A stretch of DNA of 64,000 bases from a virus (taxonomy: Duplodnaviria; Caudoviricetes): the IMG/VR virus record IMGVR_UViG_3300028048_000112, positions 1 through 64,000 of that record; one strand, 5' to 3'. The position numbers and the translations under genes were made by a program. The notes beneath the pieces were generated by a model, which was not told the DNA's origin, searched no databases, and was given only the letters and a program-made list of their open reading frames with translations. This document shows, one piece after another, positions 11,028 through 20,995 of this stretch (within the stretch, counting starts at the first letter, position 1; every line of letters begins with the position of its first letter).

Positions 11028-11954
11028 GTGAGGAAATTACACATGTTTGATGATTTCTCTTTTGAATCTGAAGAAGATGACAACATCATGAACGATGATG
11101 TTCTTGTTAATGATGAAACTGCTGTAGATGAATCTGGTGATGATTCCGAAACAGTTAATGTTACACCTGATACTAAGGAAACAGCACACAATGAAGAAGC
11201 ATCTGCTGGTGGTGTATCTACAGGTAACAATCAGGATCAGCTTGAAATGGATCCTGTAGCTGCTACCGAATCATATATTCTTAGACAGTTTGGTTTGTCT
11301 AGAGAAGATATGGAAGAAGGTACAGTAGAAACCATTGATGAAGCAGAAACAATTCCTAATGCTGATGTTGTAGAAGATGATGTTGATCCTGATCTGGAAG
11401 CAACAGCTGTACCTCCTACAACATCCGTAAACATCACTTCTCCAACTAACACACACATCGACGTTAATGCTGCAGCAGACGAAGTTGAAGTTGGCACTGA
11501 TGCTGAACTCAATTCCGATGATAGCGCAGTAGTCGATGATCCTGCAACTCCTGTAGTTTCTGATGCAGAAATTGCAGCTACTGAAGGATTGCGTAGATTG
11601 TGGTCAAGAGAAGACGACGGCGCTGACGATGCAGCATCAAACGACGTTGAACTCGATGTTAAGACATCTGAACAGGATATGAATATCGCTTTGAGCGGAA
11701 AAGCTGTTACTCTCGAACCTAACGAAGACGGAGATGACATGGGTGGAGACGACTCAGGTTCAGACGACTTCGGTGGTAGCGATGATGAAGGTTCCGGTGA
11801 TGATTCTGGATCCGACGAAGGCGAAGGCGGAGATGAAGACTTCGGTGGTAGCGACGAAGGAAATTCAGAAGATGAAGGCGAAGAGGGAAATGAGGGCCTC
11901 GATGAAGATCAGCAGGATGAAGGTGCATCCGGCGAGTCATTCTACTGGTTCTAA
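11028..11954 (+). CDS. Highly acidic internal head protein candidate
   Basis: 308 aa, D/E-rich with a GGDDSG tail. Several S/A-x-E motifs (FSFES, AATES, AATEG, WSRED). Confidence 0.5.
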   Translation: MRKLHMFDDFSFESEEDDNIMNDDVLVNDETAVDESGDDSETVNVTPDTKETAHNEEASAGGVSTGNNQDQLEMDPVAATESYILRQFGLSREDMEEGTVETIDEAETIPNADVVEDDVDPDLEATAVPPTTSVNITSPTNTHIDVNAAADEVEVGTDAELNSDDSAVVDDPATPVVSDAEIAATEGLRRLWSREDDGADDAASNDVELDVKTSEQDMNIALSGKAVTLEPNEDGDDMGGDDSGSDDFGGSDDEGSGDDSGSDEGEGGDEDFGGSDEGNSEDEGEEGNEGLDEDQQDEGASGESFYWF

Positions 11955-12049
11955 TCCTCTAAACTGTTCTTTTTATAGAAAGCGAGGTACAATCCTCGCT
12001 TTCTATATTTATATACAATTGAACCAAATTATATAGGAGATTTTTAACT

Positions 12050-12727
12050 ATGAGCAAAAAAGAATATGAAAACGAATCGTTAATCGACGATGTTGTTGAT
12101 GAAATCGTTTCTGGTGAAAAAACCGAAGTTGATACTCGTGTTGAGGAAAGTTCTATTCCTGAAGATCAGGAAGAACTGTATGGAAAATTCAATAAACGCG
12201 TTCCTGTAGATATTGGAGAAGTTGAAAATGGTTCGACACCAATCGGTTCAGCACCAATCGTTATTCCAGAACCTACTATTGAACAGCCTAAAAAAGAAGA
12301 AGGACCTTCTGAGCAGCCAACACCAACTGAAAATCCTGCTCCACAGTCTTCACAGGAACATCCTACGATGGAAATGGCCCATCCTACAATGGAGATGGAA
12401 TATCCTGAAGAAATTCCTGTAGATGAAGATAAGATGAAAGAAGAATTCAATAAGTCTTATAATGTCTACATTTCTGTGGATGGACTTGGTCAGCTTTCTA
12501 TTCCTAAGACTATGACATTCTATGAGATTTACAAGGAATTTGTAACTCATAGATTCCATTTCGTTGGTCTTACAAGCGAAAAAGACTATAAGCATATTGA
12601 AGAATACCTTAAGAATAACAAAATCAAATATCTTAATATCGTAGTATCTGATTTGGCTATCAAGCAGTTCTTGATTAAGCTTAAAACGAATACAGATTAC
12701 GTTATTAAGAGAAAGCTTAAGAACTAA
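12050..12727 (+). CDS. Hypothetical protein (acidic, Pro-rich N-terminal half)
   Basis: 225-aa ORF with a GGAG SD and a duplicated HPTMEM heptad. Confidence 0.7.
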   Translation: MSKKEYENESLIDDVVDEIVSGEKTEVDTRVEESSIPEDQEELYGKFNKRVPVDIGEVENGSTPIGSAPIVIPEPTIEQPKKEEGPSEQPTPTENPAPQSSQEHPTMEMAHPTMEMEYPEEIPVDEDKMKEEFNKSYNVYISVDGLGQLSIPKTMTFYEIYKEFVTHRFHFVGLTSEKDYKHIEEYLKNNKIKYLNIVVSDLAIKQFLIKLKTNTDYVIKRKLKN

Positions 12728-12735
12728 AATGTAAT

Positions 12736-13413
12736 ATGATTGATCCATCAACTTTTACTCTCGATACTACTATAAAAATTAAAATAATGGTTCCGGGAAT
12801 ATATATCCCAGAATTAAAAACGTATACTCCATTAGAATGCTTTGCTTCGATAGAGAAGATTATTTCTATGCTTAATCGAGGAATCGTGGTAGATTTTCCT
12901 CAACAAAAACATAGAGAGATATCAGAAAAAATCGAAGAAATTCTATTGGATTATAATGAACGACAAGAAAAACTTCGTAAACAACATGGTTACATTGGAA
13001 CTAATGTTGAAAAAGCCATTGATACTATTCAGGAAATTAATGATTCTAAAATTACTCGTGAAGAAGAGGTTTCTGATCAAGAAAGAAGAATCTTTGATTA
13101 CTCTGATGTTACTAATAGAGTTATACGAAATCTTAGAGATACTGATAATGCTAAACTCATTAACGATGCATTTGGTGATCCTAATGAAGATAAGCTTATG
13201 GCTGCTGAAGCAGAAAGAAAGGCTAGAGAACGTATAGCTGCTAGACGTAAAGAAGCTCTAGAAATGGCTACTTTAAAAGCAGAAACATGGCAAAAACTTG
13301 CTAATAACGGTAAGTTTGATATCGATGATGATATAGTCGACGAAAACGATTATTTCGACACATCGAACGATACTAAAGCTATTACTAATAACCCATTTTT
13401 CAGAAAAAAATAA
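12736..13413 (+). CDS. Hypothetical protein
   Basis: 225-aa ORF continuing the operon, followed by a hairpin at about 13415-13447. Confidence 0.7.
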   Translation: MIDPSTFTLDTTIKIKIMVPGIYIPELKTYTPLECFASIEKIISMLNRGIVVDFPQQKHREISEKIEEILLDYNERQEKLRKQHGYIGTNVEKAIDTIQEINDSKITREEEVSDQERRIFDYSDVTNRVIRNLRDTDNAKLINDAFGDPNEDKLMAAEAERKARERIAARRKEALEMATLKAETWQKLANNGKFDIDDDIVDENDYFDTSNDTKAITNNPFFRKK

Positions 13414-13462
13414 ATATTTGGAAGGGGACGAACCCCTTCCAAATATCATTTAGGAGATAATC

Positions 13463-13804
13463 TTAAGACGACGCGTTAATTTTCTTTTCGCGTTCTTCCC
13501 GGATATCAGAAAGTTTCTTACTGATAGCATCGGTAAATTCTGTGTTCCACCGAGTATCGTAAATTTCAGAATCGTCACAAGGTAATTCGATGCCAAGTTT
13601 TACCTTGACATACTCAGTTACCTTGTGCTTCGCCTCGTTTATCATTTCAAGATAACAATTTTTGATGAGAGATACGAGAACAGATAGATCATCTTCTTTC
13701 TCATTCTTGAGTTTACTCAATGCTTTGGTTGTCATGGCAAGATATACACTTGCCATCTCCAAAGCGGTTCCGGTAAAATCTAATTCTTGATCAGCCATAA
13801 TCAT
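13463..13804 (-). CDS. Small hypothetical protein (early cassette)
   Basis: 113 aa, overlapping the stop of the upstream gene (ATGA-type coupling). Confidence 0.7.
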   Translation of the reverse strand: MIMADQELDFTGTALEMASVYLAMTTKALSKLKNEKEDDLSVLVSLIKNCYLEMINEAKHKVTEYVKVKLGIELPCDDSEIYDTRWNTEFTDAISKKLSDIREEREKKINASS

Positions 13805-14262
13805 TCTCCTTCCTTACGGTTGTTTGCAGCCTCAACTCCAGCAATTTGCTCTTCTTCAAGACGTTTTGAACTAATTATTTCGATCAATTTCTCACCCATT
13901 AGTTGAGAAAATTTATCGAGTTTTTTGCTTTCTTTTTTCGGGGATTTTCTTGACCCAATTTTTTCTTCAAGAGATTTCAGAGCAATCTCTTCCATATCTG
14001 CACAAAGACATTGGCAAAAGAACAAATGTCCCAACTCTCCTTCGATTCCTTCATAGTCGAGTCCAGCCTTTTTGGCAAGTTCGACTGCATTCTGAACAAA
14101 TCGAGATTTGTCTTCCGATGTCGATCTCATGACTCTCAAGAACTTATCATCTTTTTCACCATAGAGGAACACGATGCCTGATGATAATTCGGTGCCACCT
14201 TCCTCAAGTTTCTTCAAAGCGTCTTCGACAATATTGCGAAAATCCTTTTCCATATCATTCAT
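13801..14262 (-). CDS. Hypothetical protein (early cassette)
   Basis: Start reassigned to ATG 14262 behind an AAGGAG SD. Early motif at 14300-14317. Confidence 0.7.
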   Translation of the reverse strand: MNDMEKDFRNIVEDALKKLEEGGTELSSGIVFLYGEKDDKFLRVMRSTSEDKSRFVQNAVELAKKAGLDYEGIEGELGHLFFCQCLCADMEEIALKSLEEKIGSRKSPKKESKKLDKFSQLMGEKLIEIISSKRLEEEQIAGVEAANNRKEGE

Positions 14263-14336
14263 AATATTATTCTCCTTGAACAATTCATTAAGAATCGTTC
14301 ATTAATATAATATATAATTAAAATAGGTTGGATCTA

Positions 14337-15767
14337 TTATTTGAAATCTGTATAATAAGATTCAGATAAAATATCTTCTGGCGAAAATTCATATTCTCCA
14401 AGAGTATATTCAGATTCGATATTATTTTCGTCGAACTTTTTTAATGTTCTTTTTATAAAACCTTTAGAAACAAAATTTTTCAAATGTTCATATATATCGA
14501 ATAGTGTTAATCCGAAATTATACATATCGAATATTTTTAGTTCATTCAATCGTATATTTTCCGAACGAGTTTTTCCAAAATCGTATTCTGACGATATTTT
14601 TGTATATACTTTTTTCGATGCTATTCGTTTTAATATAGCTTCGTTCACGTTTAATCGTTTTGCTAACATTCTAAAACTGTCATTTTTACTATAAATTCTA
14701 CCAGAATTGTTTAGTTTAAATTCTTGAATTTTTTCACATAAATATCTCACTTTATCTTCACTTAGTCGAAAATTGGTCTCGCCGTTCAATGTGATGTTTC
14801 TGTGAACGGATTTCTTGTGTCTAAAAATATCCCAAATTGGAAATAATGAAAAATCACTATAATATCCAATATTATTTTGAGAAAGCTCGAATTCATGTTT
14901 TATCGGTGTATATTCAGCATTTACACCATTATCAATAATATCATTATAACGTCGTCTTGTTTTAGTTGATATCATAGTTTCGGATTCTGTAATTGGTATA
15001 CCAAGTTTAAACGCGACGTCTATAGCATTTGAATTGTTTGATACCATGTCATTATATGTACTTCTTATAAAAACGTTTTTTGTAACGTTTTTATACATCC
15101 GTCTATTTATTATTTCACTAATAGTAGTTTTCGAAATGCCATATTTTTTCGATAATTCTAATGGCGTTAACCCGATGTTATAATTTTTACAAATATCTAA
15201 TACAATCTGATTATCAATCCTTTTAGATTTCTTGAATACTCTTGAATTATAATCGAAATCGTATTTAGAAATCATGTTATCGTATGTTATCCCTTTTAAC
15301 AGGTTTCTTACAAAATCTACACTCACCCCGAATCGTTTTGCTATTTTTGGAAACGAGTCATTATTAGTTTCACAAAATGCACATATATTTTCGGCAATTT
15401 TGTATCTATGAGGATCGTACCACTTTGTTCTATTGTTTGAATTCTCTGAATATGTTGCCCAACGCAAATTTTGAACATTATTATTTAATCTATTTCGATT
15501 AATGTGGTCTACAACAAGGTTTTTAAAATTTTTAGGAACTTTTAAGAATGTTAACGCTACTAATCTGTGCAATTGAAAGTGTTTTGTCTTTTTATATTTT
15601 GGACAATAAAGATCTACTCTCATGTATTGATCGTTAGTCGTATGTATTGCAGGAAATCGTTTGTTTTTTAAATCATAAACTATTCCAGAATCATTTATGA
15701 TATATCTGTCTTTTTCAAAATCAAAATGTGTATTGGTATTTTTACATAGTTTTTCGAACCCTTTCAT
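14337..15767 (-). mobile_element. Free-standing HNH homing endonuclease with repeated C-terminal HTH-like domains
   Basis: LHRLVALTFL...VVDHINRNRLNNNVQNLRWATYSENSNN is an HNH_3-type motif. There are three HTH-like segments (PKIAKRFGVS, ELSKKYGISKTTIS, RMLAKRLNVN). The gene is very AT-rich and lies opposite the adjacent late genes. Confidence 0.85.
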
Positions 15768-15818
15768 AATATAAAAACTCCTTTAAAACTGCTAAAAAAC
15801 ATTTATATATAATTAAAT

Positions 15819-16715
15819 ATGGAGGTACTTTCCATGAAAAATGATATATTTTCATGTGAGAAGAGAATTATAGATTTAAATAGTAGAGATGCATTCTGTA
15901 TTGAGTCATTTACAAATGAACACATGCTTGAACTGAGTAAATGTGATTACGACGAAAAGCTACAAATAATTCGTAATGCTCCAATGATTTGTGTAGATCA
16001 AATATCTCGAAATGGCTCGATGTATGATGGTAAAATGATAGTAGAATCGTTTAAATCGCCATATGTTGCGGAATTGTTCAAAAGAGGGGCATTTTTCAGC
16101 GAACTTGAACATCCTCCTATGGATTGTAGCCGTGAACGTTTTATGACAGTAATGAAGGATAATGTTTGCGGCAGGTTTATGAATTGGAGATTAAATCCGT
16201 CCGATAAAACTATATATGGAAATTACCAATTTGTTCAACCAAAAGGTTACATTCCTAAAGATTGGCTTGACAAAGGTGTGAATTTCGGATGGTCTGTTCG
16301 CACATTGACTCCAACTTATGAAGAACGCAAAGACGGTAAAGGTAATCCATACGTTTATAAGTTTGGAAATTGTCGCCTTGTGACTGTAGATACTGTCAGC
16401 ATTACTGGTTTCAAGCAGTGCTCTTTTGTTTCAGATGTTGATTCATATGACGCATCTAAAGAGAATTTTAATAATATTAAACTTTGTTGGACTAAGAAAC
16501 GTTCTAAGGAAGAATTTAAACGTCTTCTATCTTCTCAGGAATCCCTTCCTCTTATGGAAGATATCTATGGATTTAATTTTGCTGATGTTGATGATATCTC
16601 TTATTCTAACGAAGGACTTATCACAATTGTAACAAAACGTACCAAGAACTATACTCAAGCTGTAAAAATCCCAGCAAATGTATATAAGATCAATCAAATT
16701 CTTGGTATTAAATAA
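15819..16715 (+). CDS. Prohead core protease (T4 gp21/phiKZ gp175-like)
   Basis: SRNGSMY, FFSELEHP (catalytic His) and GVNFGWSVR (catalytic Ser) motifs. Late motif at 15798-15809. Confidence 0.8.
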   Translation: MEVLSMKNDIFSCEKRIIDLNSRDAFCIESFTNEHMLELSKCDYDEKLQIIRNAPMICVDQISRNGSMYDGKMIVESFKSPYVAELFKRGAFFSELEHPPMDCSRERFMTVMKDNVCGRFMNWRLNPSDKTIYGNYQFVQPKGYIPKDWLDKGVNFGWSVRTLTPTYEERKDGKGNPYVYKFGNCRLVTVDTVSITGFKQCSFVSDVDSYDASKENFNNIKLCWTKKRSKEEFKRLLSSQESLPLMEDIYGFNFADVDDISYSNEGLITIVTKRTKNYTQAVKIPANVYKINQILGIK

Positions 16716-16735
16716 TAATTCTAGGAGTTATTTTT

Positions 16736-17485
16736 ATGATATCTAGATCTATGTTAATCCAAAAACTTAAGAGAGAGATATCTCCTCCTATTTTTAACAT
16801 GCTTCCAGAGACTTTCTTTAACGAAATTCTTCATGATGAAGCATTAAGACGTTTCTCTAATTGGTATTGGTTAATGTGTGATATCCAAATAACTAAAGAA
16901 AACGCTATTCCTTATCAAACATATGACGGGAAAATGTATAACTATTCATGTTATAGAATTCCTGAAAGGTTTGATGTTCCTGGTATAGATTCTTCTGAAA
17001 AATTTGAATGGATAGACATTGAAGATTATCAAATCGGTGGTAATGATACTACTGATGTATATACTGGTGGAAACTTCTTGTTGAATAACATGTTTCTTTC
17101 TGCTAGATCTAATATGCCTCACACAAGAACTTATTACTTGGTAACATTTAGAGAACCAGATTTATTAATAGTAAATCCCCCTATGCAAGTTCATAGAAAC
17201 TTTAATGTTACTATGAAAGCATATAGGACTTTATCCACTATTCCAAAAAATATGGAATTCTATTTTCAGAAATACTTTGTAGCATTATTCAAATATTATG
17301 CTTACAATAAATTGAAATATGAAGATGGAAACCAAGTTTATGGTGGTATTGAAATAGATACGAAAATTAGTGATTTGAAAGAAGCTGAGAGTGAAATAAA
17401 GGATCTCGAAGACATATTCGAGAAAGACTATTTCAAGTCTCCAGAAACATTCTCAACACAACTTCTATATACAAAGAAAGGCTAA
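16736..17485 (+). CDS. Neck/head-tail adaptor (T4 gp13-like)
   Basis: The C-terminal KYFVALFK...YGGIEID...EAESEIKDLE resembles the gp13 C-terminus. Co-transcribed with the protease. Confidence 0.55.
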   Translation: MISRSMLIQKLKREISPPIFNMLPETFFNEILHDEALRRFSNWYWLMCDIQITKENAIPYQTYDGKMYNYSCYRIPERFDVPGIDSSEKFEWIDIEDYQIGGNDTTDVYTGGNFLLNNMFLSARSNMPHTRTYYLVTFREPDLLIVNPPMQVHRNFNVTMKAYRTLSTIPKNMEFYFQKYFVALFKYYAYNKLKYEDGNQVYGGIEIDTKISDLKEAESEIKDLEDIFEKDYFKSPETFSTQLLYTKKG

Positions 17486-17548
17486 AAAAAAAGAACTGTT
17501 GCTGGATTGCAACAGTTCTTTATACTTTTTTACTTATTTAGTGACACA

Positions 17549-17716
17549 TCAATGTACTTTGGGAAGCACATTGACAGGGAATCTAGCCTCTAAGGGCCAG
17601 TTCCTAGGAGCATTTTTGTCACCCATAAGGCGACATAATTGCTCTGCTGTCACGTAGGTGGGTACTCCCACAGGGTATCCACCTACATTCTTAGACAGAT
17701 ATATTCTGTACAGCAT
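17549..17716 (-). CDS. 55-aa ORF not in the track (MLYRIYLSKNVGGYPVGVPTYV...)
   Basis: GGAGGT SD, bipartite early promoter at 17777-17818, downstream terminator at about 17484-17522. Confidence 0.55.
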   Translation of the reverse strand: MLYRIYLSKNVGGYPVGVPTYVTAEQLCRLMGDKNAPRNWPLEARFPVNVLPKVH

Positions 17717-17856
17717 GTAGCACCTCCTGTCTTAAGTGTAAGAGTAAGATATATTGGAAAGATATTCTATACTCTTCATTAATATAATATATAACTAGGA
17801 TGTATAGTTTAACAGAAAAAAAAAATAAGACCCGGGGTAACTCCCGGGTCTTATTC

Positions 17857-18477
17857 TTAATCTACCAACGCTGCGAACCGATCCTTGTGAATTTCTTTTA
17901 CGGTCTGCAGCGTTTCTTCTATATAGTCATTGGGCAATCCACAACGACTATATAGTGATCTTAAGTATCCTAGTAAATCAGGACACTTAAAACCTTTACT
18001 TTTTGCATACCGATCAGCTTCAATTTCTTGAGACTGATCAATATACAAACCTTCATTCTGGTCGATCCTTCCGAGTAGAAGGCTTTTCCAAATCGACCAA
18101 GCGTCCCCATGCGCCAAATGTCCTATTTCGTGATTCAAAAAGAACCCGAAATCGTTTTGGCTCAATTCTTTTTCATTGTTGATATCATACACAATGACAT
18201 CCCCAATGAAAAACCCGAACCCGCCACAATCAAGGATCTGATAAAAACCGTCTTTGACCATTGCAGGCACATCGAAAGCAAGAATACTTATTTTCTTACC
18301 CTCGACTTTTGCGACCCTTTTAGATCGCAAATAAAAGAGTGGAGAGCCAGCGACCCTCAATCCGCTGGCTTCCGCGTAAGCGATGATGTTTGCTTCCGCA
18401 ATTGTTTCCGCAGAAGCAAACTTCGTATAAATCCCTGTCCATAAAATAGACAGGAAAGTTTTGATTTTGTTCAACAT
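17857..18477 (-). CDS. HExxH zinc-metalloprotease-like protein (HEIGH family, copy 1)
   Basis: FLNHEIGHLAH...QEIEADRYA. AGGAG SD and early promoter at 18525-18566. Confidence 0.7.
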   Translation of the reverse strand: MLNKIKTFLSILWTGIYTKFASAETIAEANIIAYAEASGLRVAGSPLFYLRSKRVAKVEGKKISILAFDVPAMVKDGFYQILDCGGFGFFIGDVIVYDINNEKELSQNDFGFFLNHEIGHLAHGDAWSIWKSLLLGRIDQNEGLYIDQSQEIEADRYAKSKGFKCPDLLGYLRSLYSRCGLPNDYIEETLQTVKEIHKDRFAALVD

Positions 18478-18599
18478 AATTGACTCCTTATAGAAGGGTT
18501 TTAGATTTGGTTGTTTCCCTTCCTCATTATTATAATATATAATTATAACCCCCCCCCCAACAGAAATATAAAGAAGGGCCGAAACCCTTCTTTATATAT

Positions 18600-19172
18600 T
18601 TACAAATATAAATATTTTCTAATAAAAGCTTTCACAACGTGTTTTACATATAATGACATTTTTAAAATTCTTGTCATAAACCGCGTTGAATGGGATGGTA
18701 ATGACGGAATTAAGCTGTTTACTTCCCATTTAGCTAATTTAAAAATATTCGATGTTATTCTATAACCGCAAGCTTTAGCATATTTGTCAGATATAATGTC
18801 ATTAACAAAGTTTTTGCGTTTATTAGAATCGAATCGTTTATACACAATGTGACCAATTTCGTGATAGATGATAAATGTGCTAGTATCATAATCGAGTAAA
18901 TCAAATTTATCTTCATTCACGATTATTCCGCATCGTATATTAATTCTATCTTTAAAACACATAGCTCCAGAGCATCGTAAAACTTCATCTATAACAGTCT
19001 TTCCAAAATATGACTCGTATTTATTGCGATTAAGTCTTACATCAGAAAAAGATAATTTCCATAAGAACACTGGTTCATTATGGATCAAATCCAAGTAAAT
19101 CGCTTTAGATTCTAATTCTACAGCAAATTTGCTTTGTTCTTTTATATTATCATTAATTTGCATCTGTAGCAT
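18600..19172 (-). CDS. HExxH zinc-metalloprotease-like protein (HEIGH family, copy 2)
   Basis: IIYHEIGHIVY...DIISDKYAK; the Glu of the ExEAD segment is missing. Confidence 0.6.
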   Translation of the reverse strand: MLQMQINDNIKEQSKFAVELESKAIYLDLIHNEPVFLWKLSFSDVRLNRNKYESYFGKTVIDEVLRCSGAMCFKDRINIRCGIIVNEDKFDLLDYDTSTFIIYHEIGHIVYKRFDSNKRKNFVNDIISDKYAKACGYRITSNIFKLAKWEVNSLIPSLPSHSTRFMTRILKMSLYVKHVVKAFIRKYLYL

Positions 19173-20316
19173 TTCCCGGAACGTAATGCTTCAAATGTTC
19201 AGTAAGTAAATAATTTCCGTCATGTAGAACAAAACGTTCGTTACATTTATTTTTGAGATATTTTGTTACATTGGTAATCGATTTTGGAATATTGTCTTCT
19301 ACAGCAAACTGATCAATAGAAACAATATCGTGAGGAACAAGTTTAAAAATCGTATCATTACGATCCAAATAGAATTTATTTGAAAGATTGTGAATGAATG
19401 TATTTATATCGTATGCTTCCATTTGTCTTGTAGCGAGACTTTCTTCATACAATTTTCTAGAAGGTTCAAAAACAAATGTCTGAATTCTCGGATCAAGCAT
19501 ATTAAAAGCATGAATAGGATAAATGTCTTGGCAAATTCCTGTATTGTTTTTGTACTTTGATGTAAGATAAACTTGATTTGTACAGAAATCTACGAAAAGC
19601 AAATTCAAACGTTTAATGATTTCGTTACATCTATTCAAAGTCAATGAATAAATATATTCCATCTCATGCGCATATTTCTTTTCATAAGTATCGAGATGAT
19701 GTAAATTGAAATACTCAGAAGTTCTCAATTTAGTCATTATGTATTTAAGCCGTTCAGAAACTATAAAAGAGTTATAGCATTCTGAAGAAATAAACATTCT
19801 GTCAAATATGATATAGCATTCTTTCGGATCATTTGCGAATAGTTTTAACAATTCACTTAGTTTAGGTTTATATTTAGAAGAGCCGATTTCTAAAATTTCT
19901 CCATTATAAACACATATACAGTTTTCGGTAATAAACCTACTATCAATGAATCTATCGCGTTGATCATACAAAGAAGCTAAGAAGTCAATAGTAGAACACT
20001 GATCTTCATAGTTTTGATGAATATTAGAACGTATGATATTTTCCATACGTTTCATTTCATCTTCAACTTCTTTAAACGGCATGACATTATGTTTCGATTT
20101 ATCAAGATTGATTTTGACATTTTCCAACCAGTCATCATTATAGACAACAGAACTCATCAATTTGCAAACGTCATTTTTCTCGATAGAAAGTTTAGTGGGA
20201 TGATGGATGATAATCGCATTTCCAAGACTCTTAGCAAGTGCTTTAGTTTGTGTAGATTTTCCACAACAATCTGCACCTTCCATAACAATAATGTTAACAT
20301 TATAATTAGAACGCAT
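19153..20316 (-). CDS. Deoxynucleoside-monophosphate (thymidylate-kinase-like) kinase, enlarged
   Basis: N-terminal P-loop IIVMEGADCCGKSTQ and an IIFDRMFISS motif. At 387 aa it is much longer than a typical Tmk. Confidence 0.7.
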   Translation of the reverse strand: MRSNYNVNIIVMEGADCCGKSTQTKALAKSLGNAIIIHHPTKLSIEKNDVCKLMSSVVYNDDWLENVKINLDKSKHNVMPFKEVEDEMKRMENIIRSNIHQNYEDQCSTIDFLASLYDQRDRFIDSRFITENCICVYNGEILEIGSSKYKPKLSELLKLFANDPKECYIIFDRMFISSECYNSFIVSERLKYIMTKLRTSEYFNLHHLDTYEKKYAHEMEYIYSLTLNRCNEIIKRLNLLFVDFCTNQVYLTSKYKNNTGICQDIYPIHAFNMLDPRIQTFVFEPSRKLYEESLATRQMEAYDINTFIHNLSNKFYLDRNDTIFKLVPHDIVSIDQFAVEDNIPKSITNVTKYLKNKCNERFVLHDGNYLLTEHLKHYVPGNATDAN

Positions 20317-20408
20317 TTGGTGTAAATACCTCCGAAAAAAAAATAAAGGCGGTAGAAACTCTACCGCCTGAGGAAGAAAGTATAATATTTGAGCTCTCTA
20401 GAATCAGC

Positions 20409-20666
20409 TCAAAGATTATACTTCTTGATTGTCTCAATCACCAAAGATCTTGCAAATCTCTTCGGTGGAATGGCTAATGATTCAAGCTGATCAATAGTCC
20501 ATTCAATGAGATCCATTTGGACGTCAAACTTGTCACAGAGTCTTTCGAGCTCTACTTCAAATTTGTCAATCCACTGCTCATAGGCAGCCTTGTTTGCTTT
20601 AGGGCTGTCTATACCTAACCGCAGAACTTTGCTTTTTCCGTTCTGAGTCATAACAACACTAACCAT
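20409..20666 (-). CDS. Small hypothetical protein (early cassette)
   Basis: 85 aa, GGGAGG SD, terminator at about 20336-20370. Confidence 0.65.
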   Translation of the reverse strand: MVSVVMTQNGKSKVLRLGIDSPKANKAAYEQWIDKFEVELERLCDKFDVQMDLIEWTIDQLESLAIPPKRFARSLVIETIKKYNL

Positions 20667-20722
20667 AAAGAACCTCCCGTTATGGTTACCTTTATATTAA
20701 TTAGTCAATAAGGTTTTTGCTT

Positions 20723-20902
20723 TTAATAACCTTTCTTGACCAATCTATTCTTTAAGAGTGTTTCGAAGCGTTGATACTTCACACACTCTTTGCATTTCCC
20801 GTTTTTATAACAAGGTGTCCATCCATGATGGATACAACACACGTAATCGACGGGTCTCGGAATTTCTATATCGATAATGGCATCATTGTTCTTTTTCTCC
20901 AT
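20723..20902 (-). CDS. 59-aa Cys-rich protein not in the track (MEKKNND...VCCIHHGWTPCYKNGKCKECVKY...)
   Basis: GAGGAAGG SD directly after the early motif at 20916-20933. Five Cys and two His suggest metal binding. Confidence 0.6.
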   Translation of the reverse strand: MEKKNNDAIIDIEIPRPVDYVCCIHHGWTPCYKNGKCKECVKYQRFETLLKNRLVKKGY

Positions 20903-20995
20903 ATCAAACCTTCCTCAGTATAATAATATATAACTACATAAAATTTAAAATTTTTTCAAATATAAATTATATATAGTGATTAGGGGTACTGAGAT

